Translations under genes and position numbers: made by a program | Notes under the pieces: model-generated | Databases searched by the model: none | Seen by the model: only the letters and a program-made list of their open reading frames with translations | What the model was told of the DNA's origin: nothing | Origin: Bacteroidia bacterium | Lineage (GTDB): Bacteria; Bacteroidota; Bacteroidia; NS11-12g; UBA9320 | Direction: 5' to 3' | DNA: 64,000 bases | Assembly (NCBI GenBank): GCA_965216465.1 | Contig: CBDCFW010000003.1 | Coordinates: 192,001-256,000, forward strand | Shown here: positions 30,705-40,419 of the stretch, one piece after another | Layout of the letters: each line of letters opens with the position of its first letter | How positions within the stretch are numbered: the first letter of the stretch is position 1

Positions 30705-31367
30705 ATGAAAATTAGTAAACTCCTATTTGTTATCTCGTTGTTTTGTGCAGGATGTACACCAAACTTTGACACTATGATTGCTGAGTACAGTCGCACCGAA
30801 ACGGAGAATGAGGTTAATGACTTGATTATAAATACAGGGGGATATCGCTCAGATTCACTTTATGAAATTGAATGTAAAATACTAGATTCCGTAGGCAAAC
30901 TTTCCACTTGCTCCTTGGATGATGCAATCTCACTGCATTTGTCAAATTGCGTTAGTAAAAGACCGTGCAAAAATCATCCAATTTTTGAAGTAAAGGATAC
31001 ATCGTTAGTAGTTCTTCCAATTTACGGCGATGGACTTTGGGACTACATATGGGGACTTATAATTGTGAATACCAATGACCTTACCGTTTTAAACGCCCAA
31101 TTCGACCATGTTGCAGAAACCCCAGGCATGGGTGCCCAAATAAGAGATTCCAGTTTTAGAACCCAGTTCTCTCAAAAAGCTTTTAAATTCGATTATTCAT
31201 TTGCACTTAGAAATGATAGTCTGAACCAAGTAGATTTGAACGAAATAGATGGAATATCTGGATCAACTGTTACATCAAATGGAGTTGTAGCTATGTTTAA
31301 TTCAGGATACAATATCTTTAAGAACTACCTGAAAGTCACCAAAAATAAAAATCAACTTAATAATTAA
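30705..31367 (+). CDS. FMN-binding domain lipoprotein, NqrC-like
   Basis: LPIYGDGLWDYIWG, HVAETPGMGA and IDGISGST motifs; lipobox CAGC. Confidence 0.78.
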   Translation: MKISKLLFVISLFCAGCTPNFDTMIAEYSRTETENEVNDLIINTGGYRSDSLYEIECKILDSVGKLSTCSLDDAISLHLSNCVSKRPCKNHPIFEVKDTSLVVLPIYGDGLWDYIWGLIIVNTNDLTVLNAQFDHVAETPGMGAQIRDSSFRTQFSQKAFKFDYSFALRNDSLNQVDLNEIDGISGSTVTSNGVVAMFNSGYNIFKNYLKVTKNKNQLNN

Positions 31368-31368
31368 A

Positions 31369-31578
31369 ATGTTAGCCCTAGTATTATTCATAGTTAGAAT
31401 CGCAATTGTTGTGTACTGCATTAACAAAGCTAAAGAACTCAATAGAAATCCAGTTGGTTGGGCCTTATTTGCGTTCTTCATTCCGATAATTGCCTTAATA
31501 TGGATTCAATTCACTAAACCTATTATTGAATATCAGCCGTCAGAGATTGATGATATCGGTGTTGATCAAGATGAGTAA
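31369..31578 (+). CDS. Small two-TM membrane protein
   Basis: AKELNRNPVGW between two hydrophobic helices. Confidence 0.65.
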   Translation: MLALVLFIVRIAIVVYCINKAKELNRNPVGWALFAFFIPIIALIWIQFTKPIIEYQPSEIDDIGVDQDE

Positions 31579-31646
31579 ACGCTAAGAAGCAGTTATTACT
31601 TGTATAGAATTTAAACATGCGGAGAAAGAAAATATTAGACAATTGA

Positions 31647-31675
31647 GCAACCTCAATCTAAAATGTCACGTCTAA
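31647..31675 (+). promoter_or_regulatory. Putative ECF-sigma promoter
   Basis: GCAAC-N17-CGTCTAA, 3 nt before ATG 31679. Confidence 0.45.
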
Positions 31676-31678
31676 GTC

Positions 31679-34600
31679 ATGATGATTAGACTAAGATTAC
31701 TTTCTGCCTTACTGTTTTTAATTGCTTCTTCGTCCTTTCAAGTTTTAGCCCAATGCAATCCTGTTGTTGTTAACAATTCTGGAGAAGAGGTTGACGAAGC
31801 AACGTTCTGTCAACGTGAACCCATTCAATTTTTGGCCAAGTCTCCAGGATATACCACAACTATAAGGTGGGACTATGCCAATGGCGATCAAAACACCACA
31901 CAAAAAGACAATTATTATTCTTATTCTGTGCCAGGTACTTACACTGTAATTTTTACAGGAACAGGTCCTGCAGGTACTTGTGTAGATGAAATTGACATTA
32001 CCATTAAACCAAGTCCTGATCTCAACATGAAATTGATCTCTAGCGATTCTCAATGCTTTAACTGGAATCAATTCTGTTTAATCGATAGCAGCACATCACA
32101 AGCACCGATTGCATACGACAGCACGCGAACAAGTATTCTTGGTCATACTCAAACCTCTTATGGTAATGGAGATACAATATGTTTTACGCTCTATGAGCCC
32201 AATGGAGGACATATCAGTATATTATCAAATGGGGGGCAAAGCAATGGCTGCACGAGCAGACAGGTCTATCACCACGTAATTTTTCTTACCCCGAGAATTG
32301 GAGCAGACTTTGATTTTTTAAATACTCCAAATCCAGGCTGTGACAGCACAACAAATGTTGTGGTTCGATTGAACACTAAATCGCCAGCCTCGCGCTTATC
32401 ATATTACCATTGGAAGCTTAATGATGATATAATAAGGAGTGGATCTTATGAGACCAATAAACACATTTGGGACGGCTGGCCAAATTCAGATACCTTAAAC
32501 TTTGTATTTCCAAATCGTAAAAACTACAAGCTACAGCTAATGGCCCAGGATTCATTTGGATGTTTCGATAGTTTGGAATTAGAAGCCAAGGTTAGTCAAA
32601 GGTTAAAAGGATCGATTAAGCTAGACAGTAATGGCAATTGCACAGCAGATGGCTTTGAGCAAGGAATTTACAAGCTAGTTGTTGGTCAAAACGCTTCATT
32701 TACATCAGATAACAATGGAAACTTCTCCGTTGTCGCCGAAAATAACACGTCAATACGCATTGAACCCATTTTGAGTCAGCATCATAAAACGCTAGTTAAG
32801 AAGATATGTCCGCCATTCTATGACGTTACCATAAATAATAATTCTGGTTGTGACAGCAGTGGGTTTGATTTTGCTGTGCAAATGCATGATGTCTCATACT
32901 TGCGATGTGTTCTTGAATCATCACGAAGAAGACGATGTACTCGGGGATTTACTAAAATTGAATATATCAACGATGGGAAGGCAGATCAAGATTCTGTTAA
33001 GCTATTTGTGAAATATCCTCAATATCTAGTTCCGCTTTCAGCAGACCTACCTTATACTTTACAAAATGGCTTGCTTGTTTTTGATTTAGGTGAAATAAAA
33101 GGTTTAGCATCTGGAACAATTACCATTAGAGATTCTGTTGCATGTGTAAATGCTTCACGGGGCACTGAACAATGCGTCCATGCCTGGATGACTCCGGAGA
33201 ATCAGGCATTTAACCAACTTAATAGTGATTATTCAAACTGGGATGGATCGAGCTTAACAGTCTCTGCTAGGAAGGATACCGGTGACGCCCGTGTGTTTGT
33301 AATAACCAATACAAGCAACGCCGACATGACAAGCTCTAGCACCTATAGATTGTGGGTAGATGCCTGGAACGCTAACTATGGCAGCCTGACTCGTAGTTTC
33401 AAGTTGAATGCCGGCGATAGCCTCGTAGTGAATATTCCAAAGCTCAATCCTTGGGTGATTTGGAAGTACTGGTCTATGAAGGTAAATCAGCCTAGGTTTC
33501 ATCCAATTGGTAGACCAGCGTACATTAAATTTAGCTCTTGGGACACGAGACAAGTGAGTTTTCCTCCAAATTTTGAACTACAAAAAAGCTGCAACACTGT
33601 TGTAGATTCTTACGACCCGAATGACAAAAAAGTAAATGTGCAAATTGAACATGCACCGAATGTTACGCCAATGGGTTCGGCATTGACTTATACTATTCGA
33701 TTTCAAAATACAGGCACAGATACCGCATACCGTGTTGTTATTGAAGATCTTCTCGATCGCAATCTCGATTTAGCTAGTCTTGAACTTGGTGTTTCGAGCC
33801 ACGAGTATACCTGGCAAGTTGAATCCGAGAATGGTAGAAGCCTGTTAAGAATAACATTTGAAGACGTAAACTTACTTCCTAAATCCTGGGATGAAGCTAA
33901 GAGTCAAGGTTTTGTAATGCTTAAAGTTCATCCGAAAGCGGACTTACAAGACCCTACTTACGTTCAAAACTATGCGAGCATCTACTTCGATTACAATGAC
34001 CCCATTATCACCAATACTACTCAAATAAAGTACTCCGATAGAAAGATTGAAGGCATTCCTTTTGAGATCATTGAGAATGGTAAGTACATCCGTTATGTTC
34101 AAACGATCAAGGACACATTTTGCCATCAATACGAAGTACCTTGGAACAGCAATATCTACATTACACCGGGTGTCTTTTATGATACGTTAAGAACGGACCC
34201 AGATAGTATCGTAATAATTGAGCTGAAAAAGCTCTCCAACTATTCATCCTCAGCAGTTTTTGTGAATGATACACTTCATGCACAGCTAGGTGCAGAGAGC
34301 TATCAATGGCTAGACTGTGAGAATAATAACAAGCCTATTGTTGGAGCGAATAAGCAGTACTATGTTCCATCAAGCAATGGCAGCTTCGCGGTTGAAACTA
34401 AAAACTGGGATTGCATTGATACTTCAAAGTGTGTACATGTCGAAGGATTAAAGGTTTCTGACATTGGTAAAGACAGTCACTATCGTATTAGACCCAATCC
34501 GGCAGAAAGCAGTTTTCAGTTTGACCACGGAGTAAACATTAAGAAGGTTAACATCTATAACCAATATGGTCAACTGGTGAAAGTTTTTTCTGGAGGTCAG

Positions 34601-34696
34601 AAAGTATATCAAATAGGAGACCTAGCCAGTGGAATGTACGTGGTTCAATTTGAGGTAGACAATAGAACTTACTACTACAGGTTGGTAAAAAGATAG
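31679..34696 (+). CDS. Large secreted PKD/Ig-like protein with SYDPNDK module and T9SS CTD
   Basis: Signal peptide, YSVPGTYTV (PKD), SYDPNDK...YTIRFQNTG...IYFDYN module, RPNPA...RLVKR CTD. Confidence 0.82.
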   Translation: MMIRLRLLSALLFLIASSSFQVLAQCNPVVVNNSGEEVDEATFCQREPIQFLAKSPGYTTTIRWDYANGDQNTTQKDNYYSYSVPGTYTVIFTGTGPAGTCVDEIDITIKPSPDLNMKLISSDSQCFNWNQFCLIDSSTSQAPIAYDSTRTSILGHTQTSYGNGDTICFTLYEPNGGHISILSNGGQSNGCTSRQVYHHVIFLTPRIGADFDFLNTPNPGCDSTTNVVVRLNTKSPASRLSYYHWKLNDDIIRSGSYETNKHIWDGWPNSDTLNFVFPNRKNYKLQLMAQDSFGCFDSLELEAKVSQRLKGSIKLDSNGNCTADGFEQGIYKLVVGQNASFTSDNNGNFSVVAENNTSIRIEPILSQHHKTLVKKICPPFYDVTINNNSGCDSSGFDFAVQMHDVSYLRCVLESSRRRRCTRGFTKIEYINDGKADQDSVKLFVKYPQYLVPLSADLPYTLQNGLLVFDLGEIKGLASGTITIRDSVACVNASRGTEQCVHAWMTPENQAFNQLNSDYSNWDGSSLTVSARKDTGDARVFVITNTSNADMTSSSTYRLWVDAWNANYGSLTRSFKLNAGDSLVVNIPKLNPWVIWKYWSMKVNQPRFHPIGRPAYIKFSSWDTRQVSFPPNFELQKSCNTVVDSYDPNDKKVNVQIEHAPNVTPMGSALTYTIRFQNTGTDTAYRVVIEDLLDRNLDLASLELGVSSHEYTWQVESENGRSLLRITFEDVNLLPKSWDEAKSQGFVMLKVHPKADLQDPTYVQNYASIYFDYNDPIITNTTQIKYSDRKIEGIPFEIIENGKYIRYVQTIKDTFCHQYEVPWNSNIYITPGVFYDTLRTDPDSIVIIELKKLSNYSSSAVFVNDTLHAQLGAESYQWLDCENNNKPIVGANKQYYVPSSNGSFAVETKNWDCIDTSKCVHVEGLKVSDIGKDSHYRIRPNPAESSFQFDHGVNIKKVNIYNQYGQLVKVFSGGQKVYQIGDLASGMYVVQFEVDNRTYYYRLVKR

Positions 34697-34724
34697 GGTA
34701 GGAGATCTAACACACCCCCTAACT

Positions 34725-35819
34725 CTAAGGCCTTAACAGGACTTTTTGTGTGTAGATTTCATCTCCAATGTGAACATGGATAATGTATATTCCTGCGGCA
34801 AATCTGTTTAAATCTAGTTTGTACGATTGGTCGTCTGTCTTTAAAAATGGAATGTTGGTATAATGACCTAAAAGACTATAAATCTGCACTTTATTAGGAT
34901 TTGAAGCGGAATTTAAGTTTAGGTTAACAGTTCCATCTGTAACAGGGTTCGGCGCAATCCAAATCTGGTTGGTTAATTCCTCAATGCTTACAGGTCCTAC
35001 ACTGATTAAATTACACTCTTCACTCCAACAAAATCCATTGTTTGTGGCCAAACACACCTCATACCCGCCATAATCTTGGTAAACATGGGTAACATCTTCC
35101 AGAGATGATGTGTTTCCGTCGTCAAATCGCCAATGATAGATCTCATTGCCTGGGGGGCCATCAAACTCAACGGTTTTGCCGTTGGCAGCTGCTGTGAAGC
35201 TAGCGTCGGGGTGGGCGTATATGGTTAAGGTTAGGGTATGTGTATCAGCACAGCCAATTAAAGAAGAGGTGATTAAAGTCACAGAAACAATTCGAGTATT
35301 TCCCATAATGGCATAAGTGTATTTAGGGGAAAATAGGTTAGAAGTATCAGTGTTTTCACCAAAAGACCATAAACTGGAAATGTTTCCTGTACTTAAAGAT
35401 GACTTGTTTGTAAACGCTACTTCTTCACCTTCACACTTATCGGAAACACTAAAATCAGCAACAGGTAGTTCATTGATGGTTACTTCTTTAGTTATTTTCA
35501 ACGAGTCTCCGGTTTGTAGAAACATGGTAAGTGTAATATCAACTTTTCGTGTGGTGCCTTTGTATTGCCATTTGGCAGTTGGGCTTGTAGTGTGCTCACT
35601 TTCAGCGTTTTCAAAATGCCACTGATAGGTAGCCGTATCGTTGTGGTCAACATAAGAAGTATTTTCAAATGTGATGGATTGTCCCTCACAAACTAAACTT
35701 GGAATTTTAAAATTTACTATAGATCCTGTAGATTGAGCATGAGTGGGCAGTGAACAAAAAAGGGTAAAGAGTGAAATAGTTAAATATGAAAGCCAATCCT
35801 CAGATTTAATTGTTTTCAT
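34725..35819 (-). CDS. PKD-repeat protein with T9SS CTD
   Basis: Three PKD-like units (W.F; PVADF), APNPV...GIY...KVL CTD. Confidence 0.82.
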   Translation of the reverse strand: MKTIKSEDWLSYLTISLFTLFCSLPTHAQSTGSIVNFKIPSLVCEGQSITFENTSYVDHNDTATYQWHFENAESEHTTSPTAKWQYKGTTRKVDITLTMFLQTGDSLKITKEVTINELPVADFSVSDKCEGEEVAFTNKSSLSTGNISSLWSFGENTDTSNLFSPKYTYAIMGNTRIVSVTLITSSLIGCADTHTLTLTIYAHPDASFTAAANGKTVEFDGPPGNEIYHWRFDDGNTSSLEDVTHVYQDYGGYEVCLATNNGFCWSEECNLISVGPVSIEELTNQIWIAPNPVTDGTVNLNLNSASNPNKVQIYSLLGHYTNIPFLKTDDQSYKLDLNRFAAGIYIIHVHIGDEIYTQKVLLRP

Positions 35820-35902
35820 TTCGTATCAAAGATAGCACTTTTAACAATTTTACTTCATCAGCTCATACTCAGTATTTATACATCGGCATTTTAAGCTTTG
35901 CT

Positions 35903-36646
35903 TCAGTGCAATAAAATTGACCTTCGGTATATCACATCACAATCCCAAAACCTTATCCAATAAACACCCGTTTTAAGGCCTATGAGGTCAATTTTAAAGT
36001 GGTTTTCGCTAACCTTTTTAGTCTCAAACACATCAATCTGTCCAAGAGAATTTATTAGCTCAATTTGTACAGGTATTAGGTCGAATTCTCCTTGTATATT
36101 TATAACTCCAGCAGCACTTGGATTGGGATAAACTATAACATCGCTAACCCTTATAGGTAATGATTCAGGAACAGATGTTGTCTCCTTAAACCTATGGAAT
36201 AATCGAATACTTGGATTGTTATCCTTTTGGCGGTCATCATAAAATTCACTGAAGAGGCGAGGACGGTCAGTTTGAAGACCGTAGCAACTGGGTGCTTTGG
36301 TAAATGTAAACAAAACGTCATCTCGCTCTTCATAAAAATCAATCGAAAAGGTGTCATAAACTATCATATATTCACTTGGAGCTAAATATCTGCCCACAGG
36401 AATATATACCGTAGGTAAATCGTACTTTGCTAGTTGACAATGTATCCGCCAGTTCATAGTGTCGTCAGGATATAAACTGTCAGGACCTTGATTTGTGTAC
36501 AAAAAGGACACTTTGTAAAGAGAGGGAGAGAACATGGTGTCATAAGGACTCGGCTCGATTAGTTCAACCTTGCCGTCAACATAGCGTTGAGCAAGCAGTC
36601 CTTTGGTTAAGAACCAGCAGATTGTGATTATGACGATTTTCCTCAT
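35903..36646 (-). CDS. T9SS cargo protein, tandem paralog B
   Basis: Signal peptide, TNQGPDSL, YPNPS...GVYW CTD. Confidence 0.8.
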   Translation of the reverse strand: MRKIVIITICWFLTKGLLAQRYVDGKVELIEPSPYDTMFSPSLYKVSFLYTNQGPDSLYPDDTMNWRIHCQLAKYDLPTVYIPVGRYLAPSEYMIVYDTFSIDFYEERDDVLFTFTKAPSCYGLQTDRPRLFSEFYDDRQKDNNPSIRLFHRFKETTSVPESLPIRVSDVIVYPNPSAAGVINIQGEFDLIPVQIELINSLGQIDVFETKKVSENHFKIDLIGLKTGVYWIRFWDCDVIYRRSILLH

Positions 36647-36656
36647 AGCAATAATA

Positions 36657-37418
36657 TTAGTACCTTATAATCTGCTTTTTGTAAATAAAACTCCCATCCC
36701 AAAATCTTACCCAATAAATACCCGGTTGAAGGTCGATGAGGTCAATTCTAAAGTGATTCTTGTTAACCTTTTCGGTTTTAAACATATCAATCTGGCCAAT
36801 AGCATTTATTAGCTCAACACATTCAGGTATCTGGTCGAATTCTCCTTGTATATTTATAACTCCAGCAGCAATTGGATTCGGATAAACAATAACATCGCTA
36901 ATCCTTGTAGTTAATGATTCAGGAACAGTTGTGGTCTCTTTAAACCTGTGGAATAATCGAACACTTGGATTGTTGTCTTTTTGACGATCATCATAGAATT
37001 CATAGAGTAAAGAACTTTTATCATCATGTTGACCATAACAAGCTGGAGGGATACTAAATGTAAGTAATGCATTGTCCAGTTCGTAGGTTCCATTGAGATG
37101 AATTGTGTCAAAGAGAACAATGTGCCCACCTGGAGCAATATCTTTACCAAGTTGCCTATATAATCTTGGTCTTTCGCCTTTTGCAAGATCCCAAAAAACC
37201 TCCCATGTAACGATGTCATCTGAGTACAACGAGTCAGGTCCTTGGTTAGTCAGTAAAAATGAAATGTTCAAGACCCCTGGTGATCTTACGGTGTCAAATG
37301 GGCTTGGTTCAATGAACTCTACTTTGCTATCTACATAACGTAGCGGCCACTGCGCTAGGGCGTCAAAGGTTGCAATAAATGTAAAAGTTACTACGAGTGT
37401 TTTCTTTAGAACTTTCAT
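36657..37418 (-). CDS. T9SS cargo protein, tandem paralog A
   Basis: Signal peptide, TNQGPDSL, YPNPI...GIYW CTD; clear homology to 35903-36646. Confidence 0.8.
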   Translation of the reverse strand: MKVLKKTLVVTFTFIATFDALAQWPLRYVDSKVEFIEPSPFDTVRSPGVLNISFLLTNQGPDSLYSDDIVTWEVFWDLAKGERPRLYRQLGKDIAPGGHIVLFDTIHLNGTYELDNALLTFSIPPACYGQHDDKSSLLYEFYDDRQKDNNPSVRLFHRFKETTTVPESLTTRISDVIVYPNPIAAGVINIQGEFDQIPECVELINAIGQIDMFKTEKVNKNHFRIDLIDLQPGIYWVRFWDGSFIYKKQIIRY

Positions 37419-37421
37419 ATT

Positions 37422-38333
37422 TTATTTTTTGAAATTTTGTTGGTCAAGCTTTGAATCGTCAAGTGTATGTTCTTCTTCACATTTACAACATATCTTAACT
37501 TCAAACTTTAAAAGATGGTCAGTACAATCTTCTAAGCTACGAAAACGACAAGGGATTATTCTTAGCTCCAAATGATAGTTTTCACAACCACTTGGGTAGG
37601 CTTGTCGATAGGTCATGTCATTGTCTTCAGACAAATTGCAATGATGTTGTAGGTCTGATACATTTGAAACTCCGTTAACAGAAATTTGTTGTGAGATGTT
37701 TTTCCAACCAAGTTCAGCATCTCTAGGGTGCGTACTTAGAAAAGCCTTTAAGTCTCCACAAAACCCATCGACCGTCGTATTCAGGTCAAGGTGAAAGTCT
37801 TCAAAGGTTCTACATTTTTGTAGGTCGATGTCGATTATATCCTCAACCCCTACAAAATTGATTTTTGTCGTATTTATGGCTTGTAGCGTTCCATCGTCAT
37901 TAAGTGTTATTGAAGTAATCTCCGCCGAGCCAATATTTTCATCAAACGCAAACCATTTGCTGTTTAAGGCGCCCTGAGTGTCTCTCATCTCCATAGTATT
38001 TAATCTCTTTGAAATAATTTCTCCATTCTCATCGAGAAACAAAACATCATCCAATCCCATGTAATAACCTTCTCCAACTAACCCGGCATAATCATAAGTG
38101 ATTTTATTGCCGTTCTTATCAAATGGAATGATGTTTACAAAGTCGAGGTCGTTGGATGTTCCTCCCGTTCCAAATCGCATTTTGGTATCTAGGAAGGTGT
38201 ATTCACCTCCGTCTAGGTAAATCAGTTGGAAGCAATTTTCAAGGTAAGAGCATCCATTTACATCTTGACTCAAACACGGCCTTATTAGGCCCAACAATAG
38301 AAGGGTGGTTATAAGTAGCTTCAGTTTATTCAT
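37422..38333 (-). CDS. Hypothetical Cys-rich exported protein
   Basis: 303-aa ORF, signal peptide, about 12 Cys, 3 bp from the next gene. Confidence 0.65.
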   Translation of the reverse strand: MNKLKLLITTLLLLGLIRPCLSQDVNGCSYLENCFQLIYLDGGEYTFLDTKMRFGTGGTSNDLDFVNIIPFDKNGNKITYDYAGLVGEGYYMGLDDVLFLDENGEIISKRLNTMEMRDTQGALNSKWFAFDENIGSAEITSITLNDDGTLQAINTTKINFVGVEDIIDIDLQKCRTFEDFHLDLNTTVDGFCGDLKAFLSTHPRDAELGWKNISQQISVNGVSNVSDLQHHCNLSEDNDMTYRQAYPSGCENYHLELRIIPCRFRSLEDCTDHLLKFEVKICCKCEEEHTLDDSKLDQQNFKK

Positions 38334-38459
38334 GCCCCGAAACTACCCGTTCGGAGAAATGAAAATTGTAGTAAATCGTTGATGTTGAGTTAGTTGGTTT
38401 ACCAATGATATGGTTGACTTGACAACCGAGAGAATAATATCTCTAAAAAGAAAGGTCTA

Positions 38460-39311
38460 TTAGCGCAAACTCAAAATCTTCTTGTGTACAACCTGATCTG
38501 CATGAATTTCAAGTGTAAATATGCCTGAAGAAGGCAAGGTTATTTTGGTTGCTGTGGCATCAGGCGAAACTTCCTCAACTAACCTTCCTTGTGCGTCATA
38601 AATGCGAATCAATTGAATTTTTTGGGGAGCATTTATTTGCACACTTCCGAAGCTCGGATTGGGATGAACGTTCACCTGATAAGGCTCTATGGGTAACAAT
38701 GTTGCTGTACCTATTCGAATAATAAACCGAATTGAGTTAGACCAGTTATTACTTAGATCTTTGGTACGGTATTCAACAATATAAATACCGGGTTCATTGC
38801 GGTTCAAATCATTGTATACCAATTGCACTGAGTCTCTCAGTTGTTGAGGACTGTCATAGTTATCTGCATATAAAATCTCGTCAGGTAACGGCAATGGGTC
38901 TGGAATATTTCCAATTTGGAAATAAAAGATTGAATCCGACTTGTGAATCATAACCGGAGCAACGCGGTCTACTACGTTCAAAATCAATGTGGTATCTGTT
39001 CGGTTGTTGCTTGAATCTTGAATCTGTAAATAGAGGGGGTAATCGCCTATTACATAAGGGTTTACTGCTCCGAGATTTATGTAGAAGAATAAACTGTCTG
39101 ATGGCGTACAGTTGTCAGATAACGTAAAGATTGAATCAACAAGATCTGCGTTATTAATATATAATTGATCATTCACATCGTGTAGTAACGTGTCTTCAAT
39201 TATGACAATCTGAGGGGGCTCTGTATCATTTTGACATTGCCCAAAAGCTAAATTATAAAAGAAGAATAAGAGTAGAAAGCCAATCGTTTTGCATACCTGA
39301 AAACGACTCAT
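38460..39311 (-). CDS. Ig-like (HYR/DUF5011-like) repeat protein with T9SS CTD
   Basis: D..PP/D..AP...DN...G.Y...D.SNN units; HPNPS...KKIL CTD. Confidence 0.78.
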   Translation of the reverse strand: MSRFQVCKTIGFLLLFFFYNLAFGQCQNDTEPPQIVIIEDTLLHDVNDQLYINNADLVDSIFTLSDNCTPSDSLFFYINLGAVNPYVIGDYPLYLQIQDSSNNRTDTTLILNVVDRVAPVMIHKSDSIFYFQIGNIPDPLPLPDEILYADNYDSPQQLRDSVQLVYNDLNRNEPGIYIVEYRTKDLSNNWSNSIRFIIRIGTATLLPIEPYQVNVHPNPSFGSVQINAPQKIQLIRIYDAQGRLVEEVSPDATATKITLPSSGIFTLEIHADQVVHKKILSLR

Positions 39312-39410
39312 AGCTTCAAAGTTAAAGCATTTTTTACACTAGTTATGAGTTATTTACGAGTTTTTAGAGGTCTAATTAAATACAATAACATTTTCTATCT
39401 TTGAATCCAC

Positions 39411-40412
39411 TTGACCAAGAAAAGAACAACACGCGAAAAGATTTGGTTGGCAGTTGCAGTTGTCGGGACTATAGTTACTTGGACCGTAACGGGTTCAATC
39501 GTTTTCAAATCTTTTCACCTCGAGAAAAGTCCTTTGTCTTTAGCCATGATTCCACTCTTATTGGGACTTGGTGTTGAGCACTTGAGACTAGGTACCAAGT
39601 TTAAAAATCTCTTTTACATCGTTACTGCTTCTCTTTTATTGAGTTTTATGGCGTTTATGCCAAATACGGAGGCCGTGAGTGATCCATTTTACAACAACGC
39701 TCTGTTTTGGCCATTTTTATTTTTGTTTTTCTTCCTCATTATTTCGATGATCTTTCATGATCAAAAACTTGTGCCCAAAATTACTGAAGGGATTACGCTA
39801 ATTCAATCAGTTGCAATTATTTATTGGATAGGGGAGTTTATTCAATTTCCTCTAGAGAAAAATTTATTGTACATCCCAATTTTATTGGCCTTATTGTTTG
39901 TGCTTTATTCTTTCATTCATGCTTTTTCGTATATTAAACTATCACGAACATCTCGGTTAGTTTTGAGCATTTGGAGTTCTCTAATTATGGTAATTTTAGC
40001 TGCGGATAATGTATATCAAATCTTCCATCAAGATTTAGATTTAAGTGCAGATATCAGTGTTATTCTGTACGTATGCTTAAGCTACTTCTTGTTGGGAGTT
40101 TCATTGATGTATATGTTACGTAATGCCTATCTCCTTATGGATTTTCTGCCGCAACGCGGTGCAAATAGAAAACAACGAAAGAAAGATCGAAAAGAGTTAA
40201 AAGATTTGCATGTCAAGCGATTTTCACGAGAACAAGTTAATGTTGTACACTCGCTAATTGTACTAGTATTAATCGCCTCATGGTTCCTCCTCAATCATCA
40301 TTACCAATTGCTTCCGAGAAACTTAGCTATCTGGATTGCCTTTTTGCTGTTTCCGTTTTTAAACATGGTATACGCTTTAACCATTGGCAAACTGATAAGA
40401 AAAAGAGAGTAA
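39411..40412 (+). CDS. Hypothetical polytopic membrane protein
   Basis: About 10 hydrophobic segments; TATCTTTG promoter 7 nt before TTG. Confidence 0.7.
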   Translation: MTKKRTTREKIWLAVAVVGTIVTWTVTGSIVFKSFHLEKSPLSLAMIPLLLGLGVEHLRLGTKFKNLFYIVTASLLLSFMAFMPNTEAVSDPFYNNALFWPFLFLFFFLIISMIFHDQKLVPKITEGITLIQSVAIIYWIGEFIQFPLEKNLLYIPILLALLFVLYSFIHAFSYIKLSRTSRLVLSIWSSLIMVILAADNVYQIFHQDLDLSADISVILYVCLSYFLLGVSLMYMLRNAYLLMDFLPQRGANRKQRKKDRKELKDLHVKRFSREQVNVVHSLIVLVLIASWFLLNHHYQLLPRNLAIWIAFLLFPFLNMVYALTIGKLIRKRE

Positions 40413-40419
40413 TCGATTT

